Positions 10,834 to 20,743 of a stretch of DNA of 64,000 bases are shown here, one piece after another (position 1 is the stretch's first letter; each line of letters begins with the position of its first letter). The notes below the pieces were generated by a model. That model did not search any database, was not told the origin of the DNA, and saw only the letters and a program-made list of their open reading frames with translations. Source of the stretch: a virus. The position numbers and the translations under genes were made by a program. The stretch spans positions 1 to 64,000 of IMG/VR virus record IMGVR_UViG_3300048672_000219, one strand, 5' to 3'.

Positions 10834-11727
10834 ACTTAACCTTTAGCTTGCATAAGGGTACTCCCGATTATTAGGGCAGATAACTTTGTCGATAAAATCC
10901 TGCTCATTTTTCCACAACAATGCAAGCTCTGGTGAGGCAGTATTGGCTTTTACAATATCAATAGCTTTTTGGATACATGCCAGAATATCCCGATGGGTGT
11001 GCATAGGAATCTCTCCCTTGTACCAATCTGGAAAAACAACCAGCTTCTTTCTGGGAATGTGTTTCTTCTTCCGCATTTTCATTTAAAATCCTCCTTGACA
11101 ATTACATAGTCCCCTATTTCTACATAAAGATGAAAAGTTTTGTTATCAAGAAAATACCAATTATCAAATTGTGGGTGATAATACAAATTCTTGTCTTCAT
11201 CATATAGATAAATGTTGTGGTCAACTTCTCTGTCACACCACCGGAATTTAATCATTCCACCTCCAAACTATCCAGATGGCTCAGAGCTTCCATAGTTTTG
11301 ACAAGGGCTTCATCATTATCACACTTGTATGCAAAGCATTCTCCTTTTGGGAACACACGATATTTACCATTGTGAATAGCAACTTCGTGCCCAGCTTGAG
11401 AGAATTGTTTGATTTGGTTGAGCAAATCTTCTGAAGCTATAATGGAAATAGAATAGATATCTCCATATTTATCACTCACTTTAACTAGAGTATCTTGCCA
11501 ATCTACTTTAGGGGTTTCTACGAGTTGCCAATCACCCATCTGAATGGTGCGAAGAGCATGTTCTTTTCGATACCAAGTACCATTCCCCGTAGAATCCTCA
11601 TCCCAGTTCACTTGAACACATCCTTCAAAATGAGGATGCTGGGTAGCCGTGTAAACTCGTTGCGCGCTTTCATGGATGTTTACAGTAAACTTAAAAGGGA
11701 ACGGCGGCAGTTCTTTAATTTTGTTGG

Positions 11728-12750
11728 TCATAGTTTTACTCCTAATTTATCCATCACAGACTTAACATCTGTGGGTTGTTCATCGACAGACCGGAGCATT
11801 TTAGCAAGATTAAAGTTTTCTTGCAATACATACAGCCAATCTACTTCAATATCATCCCCTCTCCAACCTTTGATGACTTTAGGTTGTGGATAAAGGGTCT
11901 TGTATCCAAGCACGAGTGCTTCAAGTGCTTCCTTATCTGTCTTGCAGTTTTTCAGTAACTCATAAGCCTTCTTCTCTCCCCACTTCATGTCACTGGCAGA
12001 ATTAGCTGCGTAGTTATCACTCCTGTCGGAATCCAATATTTGTTGATAAAGCCACATACGTCCTCGGCCTTTAATATCACCTTTGTCATTTGGTTTTAGC
12101 CAACCAAATCCATCATAAGAGCAAATAGGATCATGTGTGTTTGTGTTATATAAATGCCCTGCGCATTGTAGGTAGTCTTTATCCACAAATGCTAAAACAA
12201 ATTTATCTTTATCACTCTTTGTCTTTTTCCATTTTTGGTAGGCATTGTAACTATCAATACTACAAGCATCATCGGCTTCGATACGTGTTACAATCTCACA
12301 GTTATGATGCTTAGTCAAGTAATCTTTTAGCTCATCCAAATGAATAGGTCGAAGCAATCCATCACGATTTCCTTTGTACTTGAGTATCGTAGAAATGTCT
12401 TCTCTGAATACCTTACCCCTACCTGAATATCCGTAATACTTGTCCGTTCCAACAGCTTCACAAACAGACTTAATCATCTGCTTTACTGTGTGCAGACAGT
12501 TTTCAATAGGCTCTGGTTCTTGTACATCAATAACGTCAAACTCTTCTGGCAATCGAGGCGAGTCTGCACCTTTGTTGTACTCCGCTAACCAACCACCTGC
12601 TTTCTTTTTCCAGTGTCCCCAAAACAGTGTGCGAGTGTCAAATTCATACTCATCGCCGGAAGTCCTGTGAATAGCTTTGATAGATCGTTTTTCTCCTACG
12701 CTTCCGGCTGCGTATAGAATTGGGTCGTAGTCAAATAGTAGTGTTGTCAT
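11728..12750 (-). CDS. 5'-3' exonuclease (T7 gp6/flap nuclease-like)
   Basis: LLFDYD, YKGNR, EADD, DKD, D.SDN motifs; start moved to the ATG with AGGAG RBS. Confidence 0.85.
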   Translation of the reverse strand: MTTLLFDYDPILYAAGSVGEKRSIKAIHRTSGDEYEFDTRTLFWGHWKKKAGGWLAEYNKGADSPRLPEEFDVIDVQEPEPIENCLHTVKQMIKSVCEAVGTDKYYGYSGRGKVFREDISTILKYKGNRDGLLRPIHLDELKDYLTKHHNCEIVTRIEADDACSIDSYNAYQKWKKTKSDKDKFVLAFVDKDYLQCAGHLYNTNTHDPICSYDGFGWLKPNDKGDIKGRGRMWLYQQILDSDRSDNYAANSASDMKWGEKKAYELLKNCKTDKEALEALVLGYKTLYPQPKVIKGWRGDDIEVDWLYVLQENFNLAKMLRSVDEQPTDVKSVMDKLGVKL

Positions 12751-12763
12751 ATCTCTCCTAAAC

Positions 12764-12796
12764 AAAAAGCCCGACTCCCGCAAAGGAAAGTCGGGC
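12764..12796 (-). terminator. Intrinsic terminator after SSB-like gene
   Basis: GCCCGACT...AGTCGGGC stem with T tract on the minus strand. Confidence 0.7.
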
Positions 12797-12810
12797 AATA
12801 TTATACTACA

Positions 12811-13854
12811 TCAAAACGGCGCATCTTCGTTGTCGTCGCCCTGCCCATGTGCAGATGAAGGACGTTCAGGCTTCTTCGGCTTTGCAGCTTTAGGAGCTTC
12901 CTTCTGTTCCACAGGAGCTTCGCCATTAGTGGGTTGACCATTTGGATACAGCTTACGAATCTCAATCAAATCACGATCAGTTTCAATGATCTTCTCGTAG
13001 ATTTCTTTAGCTTTAGCCACTACTTCCGATTCATCAAAACGCTCACGAATAGCTGCTTGCATGTTAGAGCCTTCATAATCTTCTGCCAGAACAATCTTAC
13101 GAATGTCAGCAATACGCAGCAGATCAATCTTGGCAATACCGCCAAGCTCATCCTTAACTTCCAACAGGTCATCATCATTGAAGTTGACAGACACAGAAGC
13201 TTGCAGAGCATCAGGAACAGCCATTCCCTTCATCAGAGGCACAGGAGACTTGATTTTGGTATTAACAAACGTCTTACCGTCTTTCTCCGTCTTAGCTACT
13301 TCCACATTAGCCATGAAAGGCTTACCAAGCAGTAGCCCGATGTTGTTGTGGTCTTTGTTCTTGTAATCCGCTTCAAAGATTTTGTCTTGCTTCGTAGCAT
13401 CAGCAATCTTTTTCCATTGACTTGCTGGAGCCAGCGACCAAGGCTTACCTTTGATATAATTACCATCCGGATCACGAGGCGCAACAGTGGTGAAGTTCAG
13501 GCCATCGGTCATGCCACGGCTTACAGGGTGCAGAGGCAGACGAATGTTACGTACACCAATATCACCTTCATAGTCGTGTTGTTGTGTCAGCAGATCGATA
13601 TAGACAGCCACTTTCTGCTCAATACCTTTGTCACCATCTTTAGGCCAAATGATTTTGTCATTGCCATCTTCATCCTTGTCTCGCTTACCATTCGTGGTGG
13701 CAAACTTTGGAGTTTTGCGATGCTTGCCTAGATCGACCAGCATACCCACATGTACAACTTGCAGACCGTCTTCTGGAACAATAGGAACGAATTCTTTTTG
13801 TTCCGAATTTTCAGTACGTTGTGGTTGATTGCTACGGGGCTTAAAATTGCTCAT
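12811..13854 (-). CDS. Putative single-stranded DNA-binding protein
   Basis: Located in replication block; MLVDLG and LLGKPFM..V motifs; acidic tail ending DDNEDAPF. Confidence 0.55.
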   Translation of the reverse strand: MSNFKPRSNQPQRTENSEQKEFVPIVPEDGLQVVHVGMLVDLGKHRKTPKFATTNGKRDKDEDGNDKIIWPKDGDKGIEQKVAVYIDLLTQQHDYEGDIGVRNIRLPLHPVSRGMTDGLNFTTVAPRDPDGNYIKGKPWSLAPASQWKKIADATKQDKIFEADYKNKDHNNIGLLLGKPFMANVEVAKTEKDGKTFVNTKIKSPVPLMKGMAVPDALQASVSVNFNDDDLLEVKDELGGIAKIDLLRIADIRKIVLAEDYEGSNMQAAIRERFDESEVVAKAKEIYEKIIETDRDLIEIRKLYPNGQPTNGEAPVEQKEAPKAAKPKKPERPSSAHGQGDDNEDAPF

Positions 13855-13925
13855 AGTATTTTCCTTTATAGTAAATTGTGTGAAAGCCCACACAGGCGTT
13901 TGCCGAACACACGGCAATTCTTAAA

Positions 13926-14216
13926 TTAAATACAGCTATGTACAAGCCAGCCAATTGCCAAAACACCCAGTGGCTCTACAAGAGAATAAATAATACGTTC
14001 TTGATGATTTGGCTCAGGCTCTACAACCCACACTTTAACATGTGTGAAATATTTGATAGTTGCTACAAAACCAACAGCTTGCCAGAAGCCTAGCATTGGC
14101 ACAGAAACAATTGGCATAATAAACCAAGCCCAGAGTTGTTGTGCAGCGTAACCACCAAGTAGGAATGCGATAGTGCCAATGGTAATGTAGCCTAGAATTT
14201 TTACAAATGTGTTCAT
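13926..14216 (-). CDS. Membrane protein
   Basis: Three hydrophobic segments, LWAWFIMP...LGFWQAVG. Confidence 0.6.
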   Translation of the reverse strand: MNTFVKILGYITIGTIAFLLGGYAAQQLWAWFIMPIVSVPMLGFWQAVGFVATIKYFTHVKVWVVEPEPNHQERIIYSLVEPLGVLAIGWLVHSCI

Positions 14217-14234
14217 GATTCTCCTTTAAATGTT

Positions 14235-14348
14235 TGGTCAGCCATTTGGAATCGAACCAAAATCAGTGACTCCTCCACAACCACTAAACATGAAACATCT
14301 CAATCATAGTGGTTGCTGTCACTAGCTTTGCCATTAAGCTATTAGCTG
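14235..14348 (-). ncRNA. tRNA-like RNA with D-arm, T-arm and CCA, anticodon loop replaced by a long hairpin
   Basis: CAGCTA/TGGCTG-A-CCA acceptor; GCTT-AATGGCA-AAGC D-arm; TTTGG-TTCGATT-CCAAA T-arm; AGTGAC/GTCACT extended by CAACCACTA/TAGTGGTTG. Confidence 0.65.
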
Positions 14349-14354
14349 GTTGTT

Positions 14355-14441
14355 TGGTAGAACGTGGAGCATCGAAGCTCTCGACTTCCTTCTCACTGTT
14401 TAACGTCGGTGCTTTAGAAGAACACTGTGAGGACACGTCCC
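14355..14441 (-). ncRNA. tRNA-like RNA with Arg(UCU)-type anticodon hairpin, no D-arm, possible pseudoknot
   Basis: GGGACGT/ACGTTCT-A-CCA acceptor; GTGTT-CTTCTAA-AGCAC hairpin; GAGC-TTCGAT-GCTC T-arm; crossing pairings CTCAC/GTGAG and CGAC/GTCG. Confidence 0.65.
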
Positions 14442-14453
14442 AATGTAACGCTC

Positions 14454-14483
14454 ATTGTACAGCAATTTTAATGTGTATGTCAA
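14454..14483 (-). promoter_or_regulatory. sigma70-like promoter for the tRNA-like pair
   Basis: TTGACA-N18-TACAAT about 12 nt upstream of the first RNA. Confidence 0.65.
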
Positions 14484-14960
14484 GCTCTTTATAGAATCCT
14501 TTTGCTGAGAAAGCTTCCACTAATTGTCCAATGACTTCCAGCAAGAACAAGAGATGTTCCTAAATTGACAATAGGAATAATACTTATTAGTGTCAGAGGA
14601 ATCAGCCCACCAACAGTGACATAACCAAAGTCTTTCTTAGCTGCCCACAGGAGCAGAGGAAGAGAAATTAGAACACTAAGAATGTAAAGAAAGATAATCA
14701 TTTGTCATTCTCCTGTCCATCAATCTTACTCAGCTTATAAACTCCATATTTGCAATCCTTGTTCTTGCTCTGAAGATGCTCAGAGACAGACTCAGCCTCT
14801 TCAATAGTGAAGAAAATATTCATACTGTATTCATCTTTCCAAGTAAATCCGTGATAAGGGTCTTCAATCATCACGCAAAACTTATCTTTTGTGGACTCTA
14901 CAAACTCTCGTTCTTTCAGAGGTAGAGCTTGCACCTGAGCTTTTATAATTTCATAGTCGT

Positions 14961-15482
14961 TCATTTGTTGCCCTCTGGAGTATACCAATGCTTAAACTCA
15001 TCAGCAAAATATTTCACTTTGTTCATATCATAAGCAATGCTCACGCCATCCTTGCCACGACCTTGAGAGGCTTCATAAGCACGGCGGCAAGCCTTGACAA
15101 TATTGCACAGATCGTTGTCGTTTCCAAAAGCAGCACGAAGAATGTCCCCAAGTTCACATTCAAGCTGCTCACCTTTCTTGTTGACGATAGTGAGCTTGTA
15201 ATAGCTGCTGCTACCACCGTCAGATACTACTGGAGAGTTTTCCACAATTTCTACAGGTGTAGCAAAATTGAACTCTTTTAAGTGATGGTCTTCATAATAT
15301 TCACGATCATCACGATTACTGTAAGTAATCAAGCCATCTCCATAAGAATCAAAATAATAACCACCTTTATTGTACTCATCTACAGGTGGACTTCCCCACT
15401 TCCCACCCAAACTCTTCATATAATTTAGAATGCTCTCAGCTTCCTCATCCGTATTTGCCCACATTTTAAATGGCTTGTGCAT
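14961..15482 (-). CDS. Hypothetical protein with DUF3310-like C-terminal domain
   Basis: DGGSSSYY...ECELGDI...NIVKACRR...YDMNKVKYF. Confidence 0.45.
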   Translation of the reverse strand: MHKPFKMWANTDEEAESILNYMKSLGGKWGSPPVDEYNKGGYYFDSYGDGLITYSNRDDREYYEDHHLKEFNFATPVEIVENSPVVSDGGSSSYYKLTIVNKKGEQLECELGDILRAAFGNDNDLCNIVKACRRAYEASQGRGKDGVSIAYDMNKVKYFADEFKHWYTPEGNK

Positions 15483-16762
15483 CTTTACTCTCCTTTAAAT
15501 TTATTCCTCATCATCTTCATCTTCGTCTTCTTGGCATTCTGGATAATCAGTACGGCACCAGTTGATGGTAATGCCATCAATTTCCAAACTTTCAAGGACA
15601 TCTGCAATGTGGAAAATATCTTCCTCATCTCCGTCGTAATTAATTTCAATAGTTCCAAAATATTCTTTAGCCATCATCATTCTCCTTTTCAATTTGCTTC
15701 TCAGCATCAGCTAATTTTCTATCAATCTCTCCCTCCATCCTAGCAAGAGAGTGCGAAATTTCCATCACATCAAAATAATTGTGATTGGAATGTCCTTCAT
15801 TATACAGCCAATCCATCAGCTTGTCAGTTTTTATTTTGTATATGTCTCTTGTTGCGTCATAGCGTTTCCTTACGCCTTTGGGGAAGCTGTCAGCAAACTT
15901 TACAAAATATGGGAACAAAGCATATACATTCTTCTCTCGCTTGATTATTGCTGCTGTGGCAGCTTCTACAAGCTTTTGATAGGTTTCCTCGTCAGCTTTG
16001 TAAGTTCGGTCAACGAGGTGCGATGGTGGTCTGCCGTTTCTCTTGAGAGCTATGTCTTCCGAAGACATTACAGCCGTTCCTCCAAATCCTCCATAAAAGC
16101 TTTCTTCTCAGCTTCCTCTTCTTGCTTTCGCTTTGCATTGAGGATGATAATTTGTCGAAGATAGTCTTCAAATTCAATGATGCCTTTGTTCCATGCTTCG
16201 TAGGTTTGTTCTAGGATTTTGTTCATTTGATCTCCAAGTCTACAATATAGGCGTCTTCACTCAGACGTTCCACAAGTTCATCAATGCTTTCCTGTACTGC
16301 AATCATTGTGTCCGAATGATAATCATCAGAAAGCAGTTCATTAGGTACTGCAATGGTTACATAAAATTTCAACTGTCGCATTAGTCTTCTCCAAATTCTT
16401 CAAGAATCTCTTTCACATACTGACGGTATTGTTCGTATGAGATTTCTCCATTGCCATATTGATCTTCAACTTCTTCTAGGTACTTCTCCGTCTGTGTCAT
16501 TCAATTCTCCTTCGGTTTATAAATAGTGTTACGAGTTTCAATCACTCCTGTTTCCTTGTCATAGCTTACAACATACGATGTATGAATGCAAGGGAAATCG
16601 TTCAAATGTATTGCAGGATGGTCTACAACAGTGAGGACAGCACTGTATCCTTTCTCTGGAGTGTTCCAGAGAGTTGTGTAGTGGACGATTGGTTTATCGT
16701 AATCGGCAGGGCGATTGTAAATCACTTTGTCGAAATACTCTTGTTCGTTTTTGAATGTCATT

Positions 16763-17029
16763 TTAGTCTCTTCCTGTAGTGTAGTGTGGATAACAGCATT
16801 TCCCATAGCCTTCGTTACGCATGTGGTAGGATAGCTCACTGCTTTTAGTTGTAGGAGGGTTCTGCTCAAAATAAGCGTATTGGAATCCTTTTCTCCAGTA
16901 ATGAGAAGCCCATTTAATTCTGCTATCCTTGTATGGATTAATACTTAATGAGTAATGGCACAAAAGCGTAAAATACGCTTTTTTTCCTTCGGAAAATATA
17001 GTTTCTAGTGGCTCTAGTGAGGTAATCAT
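16763..17029 (-). CDS. Small protein with Rmf-like motif
   Basis: FSEGKKA...NPY...WRKGFQYA pattern. Confidence 0.35.
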   Translation of the reverse strand: MITSLEPLETIFSEGKKAYFTLLCHYSLSINPYKDSRIKWASHYWRKGFQYAYFEQNPPTTKSSELSYHMRNEGYGKCCYPHYTTGRD

Positions 17030-17109
17030 TTAGCCGTTCTCCTGTTGTGTGAATGCTGAGATGGGGACAAAAACCCACCCGTCCAAATATGCGTAGTCTG
17101 GTTGTGTTT

Positions 17110-17631
17110 TCATTTCTTTGTAATTTCCTCAAAGACAATTTGCTTGGGAAGCAAGTTTGAACAAATATAAACACTGGAGAATGGAGGATTCAAAGAAGGT
17201 TTTTGTTCAGCAAAGTCTTTAAAATATGCCACTCGTCGGTTCATGTACATAATCTCAAACGTGTTATCTCGGAACATTTCAAATCGCTTTTGACTTTCAA
17301 AAATACCTACAACACCTAACAGCATTCCAAAAGGTTTACCTCGTTTAAATAACTCTTGTAACACTTCTGTTTTCAAGGAATACGGAGGATTACTTAAAAT
17401 CAAATCACAATCAGGAGTTGCAGTTGTGAAGAAGTCTTGTCCGTTCTCCAAGTGAGTGTTAATCACTTCACATCCATGAAGCCGCAAGAGCTTCACAAAG
17501 TTAGAACTATCGTTGTCAAATGGACACCACACCTTGCTTCCAGTTTTAATGTATTTCAAAATAGGATTAATTGCATAGTCTGGTGTGTAAAATTCGTCAT
17601 TACCACTGTTTGCTACTTGATCTAGTTTCAT
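17110..17631 (-). CDS. Small DNA N6-adenine methyltransferase
   Basis: DEFYTP, VWCPFD, GQDFF and catalytic SNPPYS. Confidence 0.8.
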   Translation of the reverse strand: MKLDQVANSGNDEFYTPDYAINPILKYIKTGSKVWCPFDNDSSNFVKLLRLHGCEVINTHLENGQDFFTTATPDCDLILSNPPYSLKTEVLQELFKRGKPFGMLLGVVGIFESQKRFEMFRDNTFEIMYMNRRVAYFKDFAEQKPSLNPPFSSVYICSNLLPKQIVFEEITKK

Positions 17632-17640
17632 TTGTGCTCC

Positions 17641-20076
17641 TTAGTGGCATTCTGCCCAATTACGGCCAAGAATGTAATCGGCAGATAAAGTTACATTCAA
17701 ATCATAGTATCTACTGGCCTCTTTCACAGATTCCTGAATCAATTCCCCTGCGCGGCAATATCCTACATAATACCCTTTATCTGAATGCCCAACTTCAGAC
17801 CAAGTAGGGTTTTGAGCACGGAATTCTTTAGCTTCTTTCTCTTCCGCAAACATCTTCCATTTTACCAAAGCTTTTTGCATCTCCATCTGTGCTTCGTCAT
17901 GGTACGCGATAAGCTGCTGAACAAACTTTTTAGATTTCCAGTCGTCCTTCCAGAAATTTACAATAAGCCCTTCAGCTTTCAATTTTCGATTGTGAATAAC
18001 CATGGCACGTTTAGCACAAATAACACCAGCAGATTGGAACAAGAAATTAATCAAGGCACTAGCAGAGCGTGTTGGAACTTTGCGCCCATCCAAACCAAGG
18101 ATAAAAGTTTTCTTGCCCGTGGTTTCCCAATACTGCTTTAGCTTCTCTGCAAGAGCTTTCAGAGGAAAAGCAGATTCCCAATAAGCCGTATGAATCTTTC
18201 TTCCGTCATCCAAATCACAACCTACTGTTTTTGCTACCCGTGCAGGTTGCCCACCGTACGCACAGCAGTATTTTACAGACTTTGCGGGCGTTCGTCCAAA
18301 CACTCTCCCTAGCACTTCTGAAATCTTACTTGCAGTTTTAGTATGCACATCGTTAGGTTTCTCTTGTGTCAGAGAATGGCAATACGCCTTATCCTCTGCA
18401 TCATAACGCCAGCAATAATGAGATTCAATCATTGCTTCGAGCGATGCGAAATCATAGCCAAGTTGGACAAAACCTTGTGCCACATCAGTCCCAAACAAGC
18501 TGCGCATATTCTCACCATACAGCGAAGTAACACGGGGGATGTTCGTGCAAACCCGATGCTTGAATCTAGAGCTAGCTGCCCCGCAAGTATCTGCTGGAGT
18601 TGGAATGCGATGATCTTGGTTTATTCGATCAACACTTAGCCAACCTTTTTCCATTTCATCTTCATCATCATCTGGATCAATACCACCACCCAAAATACTA
18701 TTCCTACGATGGCTGTAAGTCAGGTAATGTGAAACATCCTCTGCATGGTTGAACGTTTCTTTCATAGCCAGCAAAGCAGGGTCAATCTCTTTCTCAACAC
18801 CCACTGTCAAAGTTGGGTTAGTGTAAACCTTCATTGGACGCTTCATATGGTCATGCTTCAGAAGCTTATCCCGCAAACCCTTTTCGGAATACACTTCTAA
18901 ATGCTCCATCCTATCCTTCTTAAACGGACTTGCCATTGTCTGCTCTATGTAGCGTTCTACAGCATCGACATACTTCTCAAGAGACAGCTTCTGCTTGCGG
19001 CTATCTACTGTCAAATCTCGCTCTTTGTACTGACTAGCTTTCCAACCTTCTTCAACAAGCCAGCCCTTAATATGCGTTGTGTCTTTAATTGTGGCAGGAA
19101 CATGCGTGACAATTGGTTCTTGCGGAATAGGCAGCACATATTCTTTGTCAAAGATTTTTGCTCTGAACTGCAACTCATCGAGTATGTTTTCAATCGTACC
19201 ACCATGTTTTTCTACCCACTTGACAATGTTAGCACTTAAAGTTCCATCTTTTTTAAACTGATTTTTTGGAGGAATAAATTCTTTTGCTGCTGTCTTACCG
19301 ATAGGTTTGGGTGGGATAAGAGGTTCTACAATTGCCCGTAGATTCTCCATCTTTTCATCTAAGTCCTTGACAAGCTCAATTGCTTTCTCTTTGTCAAAAT
19401 AGAAGCCACGATGTTCTTGATGAGTAATAATCTCAGCAACTGCTTTCTCAAGTTGGTAAGCATCATTCCACTTCCAATCACCCCATTCATTGCACAGGTA
19501 TTTCCAAATTTTAATCCCTACATGGCAATCTCGTTTGCAATACACAAGCATCTCTGGATGATATTGCAAGAACTCTGCCCCTCGTGGGGCATTGCTTTCA
19601 ATTAAGCCAAGCTCAATTGCTTTAGCTCGCCACTCAATCTTTTCAATACCTAGCAGTCGTCCGAAATAATCGACACTATGCGCACTACGAGTTGGATTTA
19701 GCGTCTTAGACATCACTAAAGTATCAGTGATTGTCATAGGTTTGCCACAAACAGAATCAGTACCTACATTGTAAAATTTACTTTCAGACCCTTGGCTTAC
19801 ACCAATTTCAAAGTCTACATCGTAAGCAGCCATCATAACCATGTGGTCATACGAAATAGAATTGTGTGCAATAAGCTCCGTGCAATTTTCAGCAAGAAAA
19901 TCTTTCACCTTTGTAAGCTCATCTCCTACAAACTCATATTCTTCCATAGTATCCACATTGATAAATACTGCACAATGCACTTTGAAATCATCTTTGAGTT
20001 TGTACGGGGACTGAGTGTAGTCCACTGAATCTGAATTCAGTAAGTTTGTTGCCTCAATGTCCCAATACAATCGCAT
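17641..20076 (-). CDS. polA: DNA polymerase family A with 3'-5' exonuclease
   Basis: Exo WDIEAT, HN..YD, YCKRD; motif A GYDFASLE; motif B RTPAKSVKYCCAYG (Tyr at the 762-equivalent position); motif C YHDE. Confidence 0.95.
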   Translation of the reverse strand: MRLYWDIEATNLLNSDSVDYTQSPYKLKDDFKVHCAVFINVDTMEEYEFVGDELTKVKDFLAENCTELIAHNSISYDHMVMMAAYDVDFEIGVSQGSESKFYNVGTDSVCGKPMTITDTLVMSKTLNPTRSAHSVDYFGRLLGIEKIEWRAKAIELGLIESNAPRGAEFLQYHPEMLVYCKRDCHVGIKIWKYLCNEWGDWKWNDAYQLEKAVAEIITHQEHRGFYFDKEKAIELVKDLDEKMENLRAIVEPLIPPKPIGKTAAKEFIPPKNQFKKDGTLSANIVKWVEKHGGTIENILDELQFRAKIFDKEYVLPIPQEPIVTHVPATIKDTTHIKGWLVEEGWKASQYKERDLTVDSRKQKLSLEKYVDAVERYIEQTMASPFKKDRMEHLEVYSEKGLRDKLLKHDHMKRPMKVYTNPTLTVGVEKEIDPALLAMKETFNHAEDVSHYLTYSHRRNSILGGGIDPDDDEDEMEKGWLSVDRINQDHRIPTPADTCGAASSRFKHRVCTNIPRVTSLYGENMRSLFGTDVAQGFVQLGYDFASLEAMIESHYCWRYDAEDKAYCHSLTQEKPNDVHTKTASKISEVLGRVFGRTPAKSVKYCCAYGGQPARVAKTVGCDLDDGRKIHTAYWESAFPLKALAEKLKQYWETTGKKTFILGLDGRKVPTRSASALINFLFQSAGVICAKRAMVIHNRKLKAEGLIVNFWKDDWKSKKFVQQLIAYHDEAQMEMQKALVKWKMFAEEKEAKEFRAQNPTWSEVGHSDKGYYVGYCRAGELIQESVKEASRYYDLNVTLSADYILGRNWAECH

Positions 20077-20085
20077 TACTTCTCC

Positions 20086-20694
20086 TTATTGTCCATGTGT
20101 TTCAGAATAATCTTTACCCTGCTCAATTAGCTCCGCAATCATTTTAGCACGATATTCACAGGCTAGTCTATATGCTTCCTCTTTACCTAGCTTACTTATA
20201 TTGAAGTGTTTGCCTCTCAGAACTCCATCTACATCGTACCATCTTGCTACATAATATTCGGTAACTTTATGGTCATTAGGAAATGGGTGTGATTTCTTAT
20301 TCAGGCAAACACCTGTAGTGTCATCCAATCTGTTTTTAAACTTTGGGCGATTCCGTTTATTAGTGTCTTGTGGTACTTTGCGCAGATTTTGCAAATCGTT
20401 ATTTAGCTTATTCTGATCTGCATGGTCAATCTCAAACTCTGGTGTCAAATCTCCATACTCCATTTGGTATAGTATCCTAGCTAGTGAATAACTCTGACGT
20501 TTTAAAACTACTCTATAATATCCACAGTCATCTATATAAGTATTCACACGTTTTCCTATACGCTCACTTTTTCTACCTTTACTCAGAGTGCCGGGGTCTT
20601 TCCAACAGACGAAATTATTAATAACGCAGTAGTGTTGATGCAACCATTCTTTACTTGGTAACTCTTTAATATATGTAGGCATTTTGAAGTCCAA
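20086..20694 (-). CDS. HNH homing endonuclease with AP2-like C-terminal domain
   Basis: EIDHADQNKLNNDLQNLR; TGV...YVARW...KHFNISKLGKEEAYRLACEYR; sits between helicase and polymerase. Confidence 0.85.
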   Translation of the reverse strand: MDFKMPTYIKELPSKEWLHQHYCVINNFVCWKDPGTLSKGRKSERIGKRVNTYIDDCGYYRVVLKRQSYSLARILYQMEYGDLTPEFEIDHADQNKLNNDLQNLRKVPQDTNKRNRPKFKNRLDDTTGVCLNKKSHPFPNDHKVTEYYVARWYDVDGVLRGKHFNISKLGKEEAYRLACEYRAKMIAELIEQGKDYSETHGQ

Positions 20695-20743
20695 TAGTTA
20701 TTCAGACGATCATTATACCAGAAAACATCACTGTTGTCAAGTT

